64,000 nucleotides of DNA from Nemertoderma westbladi (taxonomy: Eukaryota > Animalia > Xenacoelomorpha): positions 3,730 through 67,729 of the forward strand of contig JAUCBJ010008167.1 in assembly GCA_032718475.1 (NCBI GenBank), written 5' to 3'. Shown in pieces: positions 32,098-46,106 of the stretch. The notes below the pieces were generated by a model. It did no database searches. It saw only the letters and a program-made list of their open reading frames with translations, and was not told the DNA's origin. Each line of letters starts with the position of its first letter. Position 1 is the first letter of the stretch. The translations under genes and the position numbers were made by a program.

Positions 32098-33245
32098 ATT
32101 TATTAAACCCCTTCAATATGACCCCCGTGGTTATTCTGTGTTATAACTCTGAAACAAACGCAGCTGGGAATCTGAAATTTTACAACATTTCCTAAAAATC
32201 CATTGCCTTCCTAATATTTAAAACGGTTTTTAAGAATATTAGGAAGTTTTCTAGTTATAGTACCATTTTTAAACCCTTCTTTTGGGACTTTGTTTCAGAC
32301 GTGTTTTGAAAATGACATTTCATGAAATATGATTTATAACCTATTTCCTAATCTATCAAATATATATCACTTGATTGTGTCTTCATGTTACTTGCTTTAC
32401 ACGGGTTTGAAAGGGTTCTTAATTCAATGGAATAAGTGAAAAGCAACCATTCGGACATGAGCAAGACTAAAAAAATAAAAAATTGTAAAAATTGTTTGTT
32501 TACGGCAATTTTTGTAAACAATGCCCGGTTTATTTTACTAAAAACTCGAAATTTCAACAACTGTTTTCTTAATAACTTCTTAAAGAACCCAACCAAGCAT
32601 AGGCCAATCGTTGTTGTGAACATTTCCTGAAAATTTCATGAGATGTCATTCAGTAGTTCCTCAGAAAAACGTACCTTTGTGTCTAAAAAATACAAAAAAT
32701 ACTTTTCGGGAAATGACATTCAAAGTTTTCAAAAGCTTCCCGCCATTTTTTTTATAAAACGAGGGATTCATTCAAACTGGTTTGCATAAAAATTCCGATA
32801 TAGGGAAGTTTTCCTGGTCGATGATTTCATTTCTGTTTTTTAGTTTGACCAAATCTAGATCTGTCAGTTACGACAGACTTTTCAGACAGACCGACCGACA
32901 GACATTTCGGCACCTAAGGCTTGTCCTATACCTATAAAAACCCGATTTATGTAATCTACGAAAAATTTTGATCTTAAATAGTCTAAAAAATTTTCAAAAA
33001 TTGTTCGAATATTGTTGGGGTACCCTACACCCTTGAGCCAGCAGTGCAGTGTCAATGCAGCAGGCCGATTATAGTAGTATACGGCTTTAATTCCCTGGTC
33101 CAAAATTTGCAACAGAAAAATACGAGTAGAGCAATAATCTAGAAAATTGAATACAATTTGAACAATTTTGGGGGGGGGGGGGTCAATATGACCCCTTTCC
33201 TGTATTTTGTACAACATTTTATAGCCCGGTATTATAATAAGGTTT
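32098..33245 (+). mobile_element. Degenerate piggyBac-like MITE related to 50198-51618
   Basis: Shares subterminal TCAATATGACCCC and CTGAAACAAAC..GGGAATCTGAAATTTTA at the left end, and GTACAACATTTT.ATAGCCCGGTA at the right end. Confidence 0.6.
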
Positions 33246-36200
33246 TAAATATTATAAATTCACTTACCACATAAATTTTTCTCAAATTTATTTAATATTG
33301 TCGAATTTGAATAAGTTTTATGAGCAGTTCAATGAACATTTGCATAATCACACTTTATGATGATTTGCGGGTTTGGCTTTCAATAGTATGCAGTTCAATG
33401 TTTCTGTCGGATCATTTTTTGTGTTGAACGTTGCCCTGTTTACATGTTTAGGTGATGGGTTAGTGCACTGTTTGTGATTGAGATAGGAAAAGCAAATAAT
33501 AAATATTATAATCTGAATTGGTAATATCACATTTGAGGCAAAGTGTTAAGAAATTTTTTTGTCAAATTAAGTAAAGTATTTTTCTAGAAAAGAGTGTTTT
33601 TTCATGTGCTGCGCGAAGGGCACATCGTCGTCTGCTGCAGTAAAATTTACACCACATTAAATTTACGACCTGGGGTGTCTCTCTGTAGATTTTCCGGCAA
33701 ATTGAACGAAAATTGAGGAAATGGTGCACATTTAAAAACAGGCAAAAATGGACTTTTCGAGAAAAAATATTGAAAGATGATTTTCAATCGTGCTGCTCGA
33801 AGCGGAAAATCACTGTAATTTTTTTTTCTATGAAGTGACACATACACATAGGTCAGAGAGTGTATGTGTTAAATTTAAGACAAATTGGTCACAAAATGGC
33901 CACAGGGGGAAATGTGTTTGTCACTGTACCTCAAATGTGATAGAACCTCTGTATTGCTTCATAGTTGAATCAAAATAAATAAATTTTATTCTTAAATTGT
34001 CTTTAAATCTTTTTCGCTCGAATATCAGGAGAGTAAGGAATACTTGTTTGTTTCCCTACGGAACAAAAAGTGTCCCATAGGATTACTAATAACAAACTTC
34101 GATCGAATAATGATAGGCAATGGAAAAATAGGCATGGCGTATGCTAAGCTCGCAAACTATTCACTCTGCTGTAGGGGCTTCCCTCGCTCTTCCAATCCAG
34201 TTTATGGCTTTAGCGTGGGATTCCTTCGCCATATCATTCCAGCCAGGTATTGAATGAGGATTATTGGAACCTTGTCCATATACTGGGTTGGTATGATTAG
34301 CTGATTCAGAAATGGCGTTTGTTGTCACGGTAGCCGGCTGGGTCTTATAGTGTTCTGGCAGCCGGGTACCAAGCGGGGTGGTACAGTTCTACTGAGATAG
34401 GAGTCTGTATTTTCTGGTGATGTAGGTGACGCGTGAGACCTGGACGTTATTGGGGAAAACTAGCTTCTTGTCTTGGCTTCAATAATATAATATAACATCA
34501 TAGGTAGTAAAAGTTACCAGTAAAAGCACAAGGTCTGAGCCCGGTGTGATTGCACAAAGATCTCTGGGGCAATGATGAAACACTGTCAGTAATACAACTA
34601 CCGTAAAAAACTAAACCAGCCTCTCAGCATATGAGATGCCTGAACACTGAAGTATAAATTCTGGTTGAAAAACATGTTGGCCCAATGGCATATGGAGTCG
34701 GGGCGCATCTGGCCCCGACTCTTTGCCTGAAAGGCGAAGCCACGAGAAACGAATTTCCCAACTCTAGCATGGGAAACCAAAAGCCCATTACTCACTGTGG
34801 GACGATCCGAATCGAAATCTATGGTGTAAGTGAATGCGTTCAGATGAGCGAGTACGGTATGAAGGAGACACTTTCACGCGCCGAAAAGCACATCATTCGA
34901 AAGCTACGGACGCGAAAAGTTGGTTTGCACCAAAAATTTTTGAATTTCGTCCAAGCGTTCTCGAGTTATAAGCGTAAACGCGACCGCGTGGGCGTTTTTG
35001 GCACCTCTCAAAATAATTTCTAGCCTCGTGATTGGTCAACAAAACATTTTAAGCCTTCCCATTGGTCAACAAAATTTTTGAGCTCTAAATAACATCTGGT
35101 ATTCCACTCAACTCGAGTGAGAGTAGGTCGTATTATTTGCACAAGACAAACAAAGTATGTCTGACATAGACAGAGTAAGCCATAGAACAATAATCACACC
35201 ATCTGGTTTGGCAACTAAATACCATTGTTCCTACCTAGCGCATAGCCCAGCATTAGTTGAATGGTCACAACTTTCACACCATCTGGTATGTCAACTAAAA
35301 TACATTGAGTCAACCTACTACGTTGTTTATCATTACTTGAATGGGCCCCATAGGAACAATGATAAACGGCATTTTTGAAGTCTTAAAATTTCGTAATGGT
35401 TCGAAAAGATGTGGATATGTTTTATTTTTTCAAAAGCCGTTTGAAAGTGAAAGTTTCTTTGTTACGCAGTGTACGAAATGTGCCGACCGTTTCACAATAC
35501 TACATATTTTCAAATAAATTCAAATTAAATAATTTTGGCAATTTAATAATTTATTTACGAATTTAAATGACTACATGTAAAAAATAATTCCATTCACGAA
35601 GCGGAATAGAAGAGTGGTTAGCGAGCTGGCATTCAACCTACGAGTTAGCAGTTCGATCCCAGATGACGGCAATGTTGATGAATGAAAGTGAAATATAGTA
35701 ATAAAAGAAAGCCGAATTGCGCCGATGTTTTTTGAAACGCAACTTTTTTTTGAAAAGTCGTATGAATGTGAAAATAGGCGTGTTGCGTAGAGCGTGAAAA
35801 ATTACGTTAGTTTGAATTTTACAAAATTTCATTTCAACCAGCAGTTCAAAAGTTATATCCAAAAGAAACATCATGCCAAACATGGCATTACCAAAAACGC
35901 TCATCCCTTTTCAAAAGTACTGTAAATGTGCCGGTTGCGTAGAGTGCCAAAGGTTACGTTTGTTTCTATTTTTCATAATGAAATTTAAGATAACTTTTCA
36001 AAACTTTTAACCAAAACAACAAACCGAATGCGATAAAATTTCACCAACTTATATACGCTCTTACTTGAAAATTTTTCCAATGTTATGTAGGGGAGGCATA
36101 GTTTGACCCCCCCATTCTAAACGGTAATCTACGATGCTGAACGATACTCTACCGTTAGTAGCCTGCCTTAGGACGGTCTGCTTTAGTGAAGCCTTAGGAC

Positions 36201-37352
36201 GGTCTGCTTTAGTGAAGCCAAACTTCCCGATGCCTTCTAAGGTTTGATCCCAACTGCCACGGTGTTTAAACGGTATGCTGTTCTACTATGCCGATGAGTA
36301 TAAGCTTTGCTCTAGATTCCCAACGCCTCATACCGATCATTTGCTTGCAAGGTAGGTAAATTTTATCGGTAAAAACCGTTAGCCATCCTATAATACCGAT
36401 CAGAAATGCTTGGTGTACCGTTTAACTTGAAGCAATTACCGTTAACCACTGTAGGGTACCGTTTAGAATAGATGACAGATCACCCCTACCCTACATAATA
36501 CTCAATGCAAACATAGACATGGTATTTTTTTAAAAATACCTTTTTTGAAGTTTTTTTTTCTGACCAAAAATTAAAAAAAAAATTTTTTTGTAGCCAGTAC
36601 TGCCAATCGATTCGTCATCAAAAATAACGCAAAAAATTTTTTTTTTCAAAATTTTAAGTTACTGTAAATTTTTGGCGACTGGGGGGGGTAAATTTTTTTC
36701 AATCCGCTATAACTCCGGAACGGTTGGTCCAAATTCGATGGGGTTTTCAATTTTCAACTCAATTCGATGTCCTCTATCCGACTGTCCATGTTTCAAAACA
36801 CCAAACATCGCCGTTCAAAAAATAATTTTTTTCAGTTCTAGAATTTTATCAATTTCAAAAAAGTTGCAATATTTTATTAACGCCTTTACGTAATTTGATG
36901 GGGTTTTCGATTTTTATACTAAACGCAATGTCCTGAATCGCAATAGGCTATTTTCGAGTCACCAATGCTAAGACGTCATACTTTTTGAGAAATTTTTTTC
37001 TAGAATAATATGTGTTTATTTACATTTATTGCGGTTTCTTATTACTGGGCGCACATAAATTGATGGAGTTTTCAATTTATTAACTAAACTCGATATCGCG
37101 CATCCAACTAGCATGGTTTCGAAATTCCAAAATAAATTCTTCAATATTTGCAGGTCGATTTTGTTCTAGAATTAAGCAATTATTAAAAGATCGCATTTCT
37201 TAGTAATAATTGCATGCGATATTAGTGTACTTTTATATGATAAGATATATACATCGAAGCACAATATATAAAACTGTAAAATGAATGTTTAATCATGAAC
37301 CACTTTTATTATTTATTAAACAGAAGGACAAATAATTTCTGCCTAAAACAAT

Positions 37353-37385
37353 GGTGGTTCGTGCTGCGTAGCAGCACGAACCACC
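37353..37385. other. Perfect 15-bp GC-rich hairpin, possibly a Helitron/Helentron terminal palindrome
   Basis: GGTGGTTCGTGCTGC-GTA-GCAGCACGAACCACC. Confidence 0.5.
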
Positions 37386-39426
37386 CCCCAAAGTGAAGTA
37401 TTTGAAACAAATTAAATTTTATTTTCGTTAAGTTGGGTGGGTGGGTGGCATATTACATTTTATTTTATTTAAACATCCGATATTTGCTCTTTATGTTATT
37501 GTTTGTATAAAACAACTCACAGCTACTGTAATATCATAAATAGAGGTTGGGCATTGTATACTATTTGCTTTCGCTAAGGTATATGGTAGCATGAATGTTC
37601 TATAATATATAATACAGCAATCGAACTGTTTACATAAAATGGATGACATTTTAAGGGGTGTGATAACAGGGCTGGACTGTACTTTTATGTTATTATCCCT
37701 TTTCATCAATGTGTTGAACTGTAGTACATTTTCTTCTGTTTGGAGAATCAAACAACAAGCTGCATCATAATTATAATATTGCATTCTATAAGTGTGGGGT
37801 GCAGTTCAATGACAGGAATAATATTCTTCAGAATTAAATACATCATTAGCAGGCTTGTGTGAATTACTTACTGTGTTAGTTTAATATGTGAAATCGCCAC
37901 ATAGACAACAGATGGTGAACTATGTAAATAATAGCATGGCTATCAATATTTATGAGGCCTTAAATTATAATTGCAAATAATTTGTAGTTGTTTCAGCTGT
38001 TTGATTTTTAGCGCAGCTGAATGTTTCTGGGCCTTTATAATCGTGACATGTAGAGTTGGTATATATGGGAAATAATATAAAAGTCTAATTGTAAAATCTG
38101 TCGCAGTAATGTTCTGAATTCTGATGCAGATTTCTGCTTCTACATATTACAATAAAGTAAAAACTACATCTTTCTTCAGCTTGAGCTTGAGAACTTTCTA
38201 AGACCAACTAACCCACATTGATGCCGCCATTGGGTCTACAACTAGTTACATTAGCACAACCTACAGTTAGAAGGAGAGAGAAGGCTAATAGGTTTTATCC
38301 TGACCAATCGGTGTCAGGATAGTGCTTTGCTATTGGCTGCGGCCTGTGGATTAATCAGTTTATTGTTTAATCGGTTTGTTTAATCGGTTTAATTAATCTC
38401 TCTCTCACTCTCCATCTATTGTCGGCTGCATAATATTAGGATGTTGTGTCGCCATGTACAGTAGGTATGTAATTACAATGCACTGGGCCCATCTGAAGAA
38501 TACCAGAATTTCTGTCGTTATATTTCACTTGGCAGTTACCCCCATGTGAGAAATACCAGGTTTTCACCAAAAACACAGGTTACAGAAAGGCTGAATCTAA
38601 TCAAAACAATAAACGAATTAGTATATGTACAGGTTATAAGACAGAAATAAGCGATATAAAACACTTAATAAAGATAAATGAAAAAAAATAAAAATCTTCA
38701 TATATAAAATTTCAATCAAAAGTCGACCGAAAAGTGAAATCCTGTTATATTTCACATGGGCGATGCTCTGTACCAATAAATATACTAAACACAATAAATA
38801 GTCCTACACTAATAAATGTAGTAGATTGCGCGGTCAGGTGACTTCCAATTTGGTTCTATTGGCAAGGCTCCCTCCTTGTAAGCTTGAACTTTGTAGCTTA
38901 CAAGCTGGGGTGTTAATCGTTTCCCATTTTTGGCTAATAACTGTTTAAGGTGACATTGATTTTCTGGATGGTGGAGTGCTCTCAGGGCTCGCTCCCGTAA
39001 CACCCACCCCCCCCCCCCCCCCCCCCCCCTATACAATATTTCAGGGAACCTGGAATTTCTATCTCAAAAAATGGTCTTCGTCATCTGGCAAGTGATTGTT
39101 TTAATCACTATGAGGACGGTTTCTTTTCTAGAATACGACCTTCCTGGTTCGTATTATTATTATTATTATTATCGTTCTCATAGGAACAGAATACTTATGA
39201 CCGGTAAGAGACGACAGCAAACACAATTGTTGAAATAGTAGAACACAAGCACAAAAAAAGAAAATAGATAAGTAAACACATGGATATTAATTAATCAAGA
39301 TCAAGTACTAGATACGTATAGTAAAATATCCTGAATTAAATTTCTACTGGACCCATTTATTTCTAGCCCAAACTTTAAGACACCTGATAATTCCCTGCAC
39401 ATAGCTACCCTCGTACTACTACTACT

Positions 39427-40680
39427 TTTTGCTGCAAATGCTAACTGTATACAGAAATGTTATATTTTTATCAGATGATCGTTCAATTTCAGTGCATCTA
39501 ATATTTGTACTTCACGTGTATTGAATAGCCCATAAAGTTGTTTATATATGGCCTAACAACAGTTGTGGTATTACTGAACTCTCAATGGTAACTACCGAAG
39601 CCGGTATTCTTGGGTCTTATTGGCTGTTCTATTTCACTGAGCCTTGTTTGTACCCTTATATAATCAGTGTCCACCCTGACACTATAGGCTTAACCTGATG
39701 CCATCTTCAGGTACTTTACATCAATTTTATAGCCTAGCAAGTCATGTTAGTTACAACGGCTTGCATTATTTTACCTTATTACTTGCAATTTGTCACTTGT
39801 CATTTGCAATTTAACATCTTATTGCTTATTATTTGCGTTTACTATTATTGCATTACTTGTTAATGAATATACTGGACCAGAGATCAAACCAACTCGATTT
39901 CCACACGGTGAGTGCATATTGCGCCCTGTCAGTAATAGATTCGGTTCAATTAATGCGAGTGTGTGTGTCTATAGTACTGCAATATTATTCCCAACTAGTA
40001 AACATCATCTACCAACTATGCAAGTGATACGAGTAAACTGTGCGCTTATCACGCACTAAGCCAATGTAGTGTCCTACCTGTGATATATATAAGTCATACG
40101 TACATTTACTATTACTAGCCAACAACACAATATAATGGAATGGTTTACACGTAACTATCGCGCCCCCTTGAAGCAGTTTGTAAGTGCTGAGGCTTTATAC
40201 TTACAGTAACTAATTCTAGATCCCGTTAAGATATATATATTAGATAATATATATATACCCCCACACTTTCGTGAGTGTTCCTGCTGTGCGGCAGGTATCC
40301 CAAGGCATTGATAGCACTCATAAGAACTACATAAAGACTTGCTGTGGCATCTTTACGTTAGCCTCCCATAAACGCCTTGACACTACTACTATGATCGGCA
40401 TGCTGCATTGCAGCTGCATTTTTAAGAATGCTGTGCCGGCTTATCGACAAAATTGCACCACCACAACTCCCTATCACCCATGACATTTGCTAGATCATCC
40501 GCATCTTCAAGGCCAGTGTCCTTTAAGATGCGTCTCTAGAAAGTCATGGGCTGTCCACCATGCTTAGTCACTCCATGGGGCTGCCAAAGTACAAGATTAT
40601 GCACTGGCTGGCCCTCATGGCGAAAGCAATGTCCTGCAAAGCGGAGGCGATTTTGTTCTAGCGTCAAGCTTGGGGGAACC
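39427..40680 (+). repeat. ~1.25-kb direct repeat, copy 1 (includes the 3' end of the RTE fragment)
   Basis: Near-identical to 44265-45520. Related copies at about 55860-57590 and 57651-58905. Confidence 0.9.
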
Positions 40681-40860
40681 AAATTCCAGACTCAAACCAA
40701 ACGCATTTGCCTAGGCATACTCAGCGCTTATTTCGACCCCATAGGATTCAGCAGCCCAGTTATATTGCGGGCTCGAGACCTCGTTCCACGTATGTGGATG
40801 GAGAATGATAGTAGAAATACGCGTCAGCGCGGATGGCCTGCAAAACGACTTGCCTGCTAG
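40681..40860 (+). pseudogene. BEL/Pao pol fragment (RNase H/connection region)
   Basis: TKRICLGILSAYFDPIGFSSPVILRAR..RMW aligns with TKRSCLSKLRRLFDPLGFISPIILQAR..SIW in the main element. Confidence 0.75.
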
Positions 40861-42472
40861 AAATCGCACAAGAAGAATCTGGCAGATACGGCAAGCAAGA
40901 AGTCAAGCTGGTCTTGACTTACTTTTATTTTAATGGTTAACTCCTAAGTGACATTTGAGTGCGCTGCATATCACACTCAAGCGTGGGAATGGGTTATGTG
41001 AAGTTAACCACTGACCCCCCTTTTTCAAAAATATGCCATATATTCAGCTTGACAGGCTAACAAAATTTATCCCTATATCGCTTCGTCCCCAAAAACAATA
41101 GGACTATGGGATATTTCATGATAAATCGTTTTATACATGGTGCATGAAACTTGATCTTAGTCCTAGAGCAACTATGGACAAAATGACATAAACCATAGGA
41201 CTGTGGGATGTTTCATGATAAACAATTCTATACACAGTGCATGAAACTTGATCTCAGTTCTAGAACATTTTAGAATATTACGAATGGGAGGTTCATGATA
41301 AGCCGTTATACACACGACGCATGAAACCTGAACCCAACTTCAATAACATGTTGCGATAAGTCATTATTAAACATGACGCGCAGCCAACCAAAACCCTTTA
41401 ACTGTATGATGACGGTGATAATACAATTGAATGCGGAATCCATATCCTTTATTTCGGTTAAACCAAACTCTGGGTAAATTCTGGAGACGGCACGCCACTT
41501 CTTGTATAACCCGAGTATAAAGGGAGTAACAAATAAAATTATAATAAACCGTAATAGTCATGATAAGTGATTATTAAACATTGCGCATGACAATAACAAA
41601 CCTTGGTCTTGCTGTATTATGACGGCCCAATCCCACTTGAATGCCGAGTCTTAATTATTACTCCCGCTTCTTGTCAATTGCCAGAGTACAGTAAGAGATG
41701 TCAATTATTAGTTGGCTTGACACTTCAAGAACCAACATAGCTCGATATTGATTAATACAATATCACATCCATATAAATCCGTTCAAGTCACTGTAATAAT
41801 GAGCATTACGGGAACGGTCGCGGTCCATTTGTGAATTTCTCCCAAGGGATGACTAAACTTAGTTTAAGTCACCAGATCACGTAAATATTTATTATGTTAT
41901 TTATTAATAGCCTAATACCACCAACCCTTAATTATGACATTAATACTACAATAGTATAAACACCAATACTATACAGACAAACACTACATTCAAATAATAA
42001 AAAATTAGTGAGTATCCATGGAAACTAATATCAACATTCGGGAAATAGTAGGTTTGTGATAAACATTTGTGTGTATTGTAATATTGTGTGCTTTAGTTTG
42101 CATGACAGCATGAATAGCAACTGTTCTACGTGTGTTTACTGTAGCGAACCGAAACCCTATTGCTGACTAATTGCAATTGCACTACAATACTAGATACCCC
42201 GACAAATAGCCCTTGGATAAGACCGGCCTCGAGCTTTCCCTGCGCGTTAGCCGTTGCGTCATCCACCCGTTCTTCCACGCCTTTTGGATAGGGAATTGAC
42301 GTAGCGCGCGCTAATGTGGCCAGGGGAGGGCTTGGGTCCGTGTCGGGCGGGGGATGGAGGGCGGCTCAGCATCGCCGGCCCTATACAAACTCAAGTTGTC
42401 ATAACAATTATATCGACTCATTGGTTTGCTTTGTTGAATTATCAATATATTTATACATTGTTGATAACAATT

Positions 42473-43419
42473 ATGGATATTTCTAATGATGACTCAATAT
42501 ATAATATTGATACACAGCGACCACGACTCTCGGAGGAATATAACCGGTATATAAAACTGGTATATAAAACATTTATGGATAACCGTCGCCTCATCTATTG
42601 GAACTTGGATGTACCCTACCTTGAAGATAATTTAAGATATGTCGAACAAACACAAATATATGTGACACGCCTCATTATGGATTTATAAGAATAACACATG
42701 GAGAACCCGATTCATTGGATACTTCATGGACACCAGTAGAACTGACCACCGAAGTGGCTAACGCTGAATGGTTACATACAGTTAATGCTATTCACAGTTA
42801 TGGTGTTACGATCTATGATAACGAAGACTCCATACTGGATCCTGAGCTCAGTTCAACTCGGTTGATTCATATCAGCGGCCTCACTGGAGCCACACACGTT
42901 TTTTTACGTATACTTGTCATGGCACCAATAGCGTTTTCCCTGCCTTGACTGCCTATCAACGCCGTGCGAGACATCAACAGTTTGTTAAAGCGGAGGCTTA
43001 TGTCAATGACGCGAATCGACACCCAGTCGTGGGAATAGATGCAGCATTATTGCCGCAACCCGTACTGGACATTTTCTCGGACGAACCAGTTTATAAACTC
43101 GGTTTAGCCATATATCGGGACTTGAATGATGATTTACCTATCGTCCATGACATACCATTAACATTTAACATTAACATTTCTTAAAACCACCCTTGCCAAT
43201 ATTGACAGTCAGTTCTATGTGAAATCACTGTCTCAGCGAGAGCTACGTCGCACCGCAGCGGATGAGCTAGCCAGCGGTTACTTTGCTATATTCCGATACG
43301 CATGTATTTCAAATCTCCATCAATCGGTGATCGAGAGAAGCCTGTTACCAAACCTGGTTTCTCGGTTGGACAAATGTAAACTGACGCCCCCAACTAAACG
43401 GAGGAACCAATCCACCTAG
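42473..43419 (+). pseudogene. Frameshifted homologue of the retroelement exonuclease-like accessory ORF
   Basis: EWLHTVNAIHSYGVTIYDNED..RLIHISGLTGATHVFLR and IDAALLPQPVLDIFSDEPVYKLGLAIYRDLNDD align with EWNRTFRSFQENGYMFYDNEG..KTIQIRAADGVLHVFSR and IDARMIPKMVRNMILDKTVVKIGSGVREDLISD. Confidence 0.72.
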
Positions 43420-44264
43420 AAGCGACCTCAGTAGCCGCCTCTGTCGTGCTCACCCGGTCTGGTGTCGTTACCCAAACTATCCACTCTGGATCAGTTGCTG
43501 TGCGCAAGCTCTTAGCCGCTCCTCTGGAACCGGAAATCCGTCGACCGGCTGTCGTCTCGCGCGCCACGAAACCGGCTGAGTTCCCGTCCTTACCTGGCAC
43601 CTCCACTGGAACATACACTGATCGTCCGAGTTCTCCAATGCCTGACGCGGTGGATATACATCCAGACATGTCCCAACGAGACGCTTTCGAGCGACGACCT
43701 GACATTACCCGTGCCCGACGCCCGCAAAGAAGAGGAAACGACTCTTTATGCGTATTACACCCAAACACCCCAAACGAAAGCGATAATATAAGATTATTAT
43801 TAGTTAGCCTGTCAAACTTTATAAAATCCCCGTAACTGTTCGCAAACTATCATATTTGTAAATAATGAACAATATGTACTTCTTATAGTGAGATTGAAAT
43901 TCAGTACATTAGTACCTAAAGAGATAATATGACTCATTACTTATTTACGTACCTAAAGAGTATCTGTAAATACATCAAACTCTAGTATTATTTGAAAGAT
44001 TGTTTAATACTTACATAGTTTCACCGGAAGTGACTTAACGAAATTTATTGTTTATATATGAGTAAGCTGACCTACCTTAATTAACTTCGTTTAATTTAGT
44101 TGGATTGTTTATCACATTTAATTGTATGTAGCGAGTATTTGATATCAACATGATTTGATTGCTGAAGGTTCGTATATACCTCTTTCGATGTAATTTTAGA
44201 AAAAACTCAACATTGTGTCATTAACACATTGTGTTGTGAACTTGTACGTGATTTTAGGGAACGG

Positions 44265-45520
44265 TTTTGCTGCAAATGCTAACTGTATCAGAAATCTTAT
44301 ATTTTTATCAGATTATCGTTCAATTTCAGTGCATCTAATATTTGTACTTCACGTGTATTGAATAGCCCATAAAGTTGTTTATATATGGCCTAATAACAGT
44401 TGTGGTATTACTGAACTCTCAATGGTAACTACCAAAGCTGGTATTCTTGGGTCTTATTGGCTGTTCTATTTCACTGAGCCTTGTTTGTACCATTATATAA
44501 TCAGTGTCCACCCTGACACTATAGGCTTAACCTGATACCATCTTCAGGTACTTTACATCAATTTTATAGCCTAGCAAGTCACGTTAGTTACAACGGCTTT
44601 GCAATATTTTACCTTATTACTACTTGCAACTTGTCACTTGTCATTTGCAATTTAACATCTTATTGCTTATTATTTGCATTTACTATTATTGCATTACTTG
44701 TTAATGAATATACTGGACCAGAGATCAAACCAACTCTATTTCCACACAGTGAGTGCATATTGCGCCCTGTCAGTAATAGATTCGGTTCAATTAATGCGAG
44801 TGTGTGTGTCTATAGTACTGCAATATTATTCCCAACTAGTAAACATCATCTACCAACTATGCAAGTGATACAGGTAAACTGTGCGCTTATCACGCACTAA
44901 GCCAACGTAGTGTCCTACCTGTGATATATATAAGTCATACGTACATTTACTATTACTAGCCAACAACACAATATAACGGAATGGTTTACACGTAACTATC
45001 GCGCCCCCTTGAAACAGTTTGTAAGTGCTGAGGCTTTATACTTACAGTAACTAATTCTAGATCCCGTTAAGATATATATATTAGATAATATATATATACC
45101 CCCACACTTTCGTGAGTGTTCCTGCTGTGCGGCAGGTATCCCAAGGCATTGATAGCACTCATAAGAACTACATAAAGACTTGCTGTGGCATCTTCAGGTT
45201 AGCCTCCCATAAACGCCTTGACACTACTACTATGATCGGCATGCTGCATTGCAGCTGCATTTTTAAGAATGCTGTGCCGGCTTATCGACAAAATTGCACC
45301 GCCACAACTCCCTATCACCCATGACATTTGCTAGATCATCCGCATCTTCAAGGCCAGTGTCCTTTAAGATGCTTCTCTAGAAAGTCATGGGCTGTCCACC
45401 ATGCTTAGTCACTCCATGAGGCTGCCAAAGTACAAGATTATGCACTGGCTGGTCCTCATGGCGAAAGCAATGTCCTGCAAAGCGGAGGCGATTTTGTTCT
45501 AGTGTCAAGCTTGGGGGAAC
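44265..45520 (+). repeat. ~1.25-kb direct repeat, copy 2
   Basis: Near-identical to 39427-40680. Confidence 0.9.
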
Positions 45521-46106
45521 CAATGAGACACCTCCAATGTTTATAGTGTCTGGTTGGAGATATGTGCATTGTACTTGACACAATGAACGCGGTGTAGCAT
45601 TCTTGTGACTGTGCCATCCAGAGATTTGGTGTCCTCAGCAGTTAGAGCCCAGCATGGACTCCCATAGAGGAGTACTGGAACTACTGCTGCTCTAAATAAT
45701 CGGATCTTAAGTTTCCGATTAATTCTCGTTGACTTCCAAATCCTGGAAAGCCTATTCAAGGCTGCCCATGCCTTTCCCTTACGTATTCGAAGGTCCTCAC
45801 CTGACTTCCGGATCCATGATCCCAGGTAACAGAAGTCATCCACATGCTCAAGCATACCATCTTTTGAGCTTTTGCTCATCCGATCAGAGACTTGCTGAGG
45901 ACTTTCAAAGTTAACTGTCAAAATTTTGGTCTTTCTGGAGTTAATAAAAAGACCAACACTAGAAGCAGCATGTTCTAATGATCTGAGGAGCCGTTGGGCT
46001 CCCTCTAGTGATTCTGAGAGTACTCCTAATTCATCAGCAAAGTCTAGGTCAGTTAGGTACTTGGCAGGATTTCCTCGACTTCTGGAGCCAGTAGGTGGAG
46101 TTATCA
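45290..46106 (-). pseudogene. 5'-truncated RTE-clade LINE (RT C-terminal half)
   Basis: Motifs LTDLDFADELGVL, VGLFINSRKTKIL, FCYLGS, KIRLFRAAVVPVLLYGSPCW and RLRFAGHC. Confidence 0.85.

Noticed and set aside
35600-35670. Weak A/B-box pair
   Set aside because: Degenerate boxes with no tail or TSD; at most an old SINE head.
42314-43835. Endogenous viral gene cluster of small ORFs
   Set aside because: Most of the ORFs are better explained as frameshifted pieces of one exonuclease-like pseudogene.
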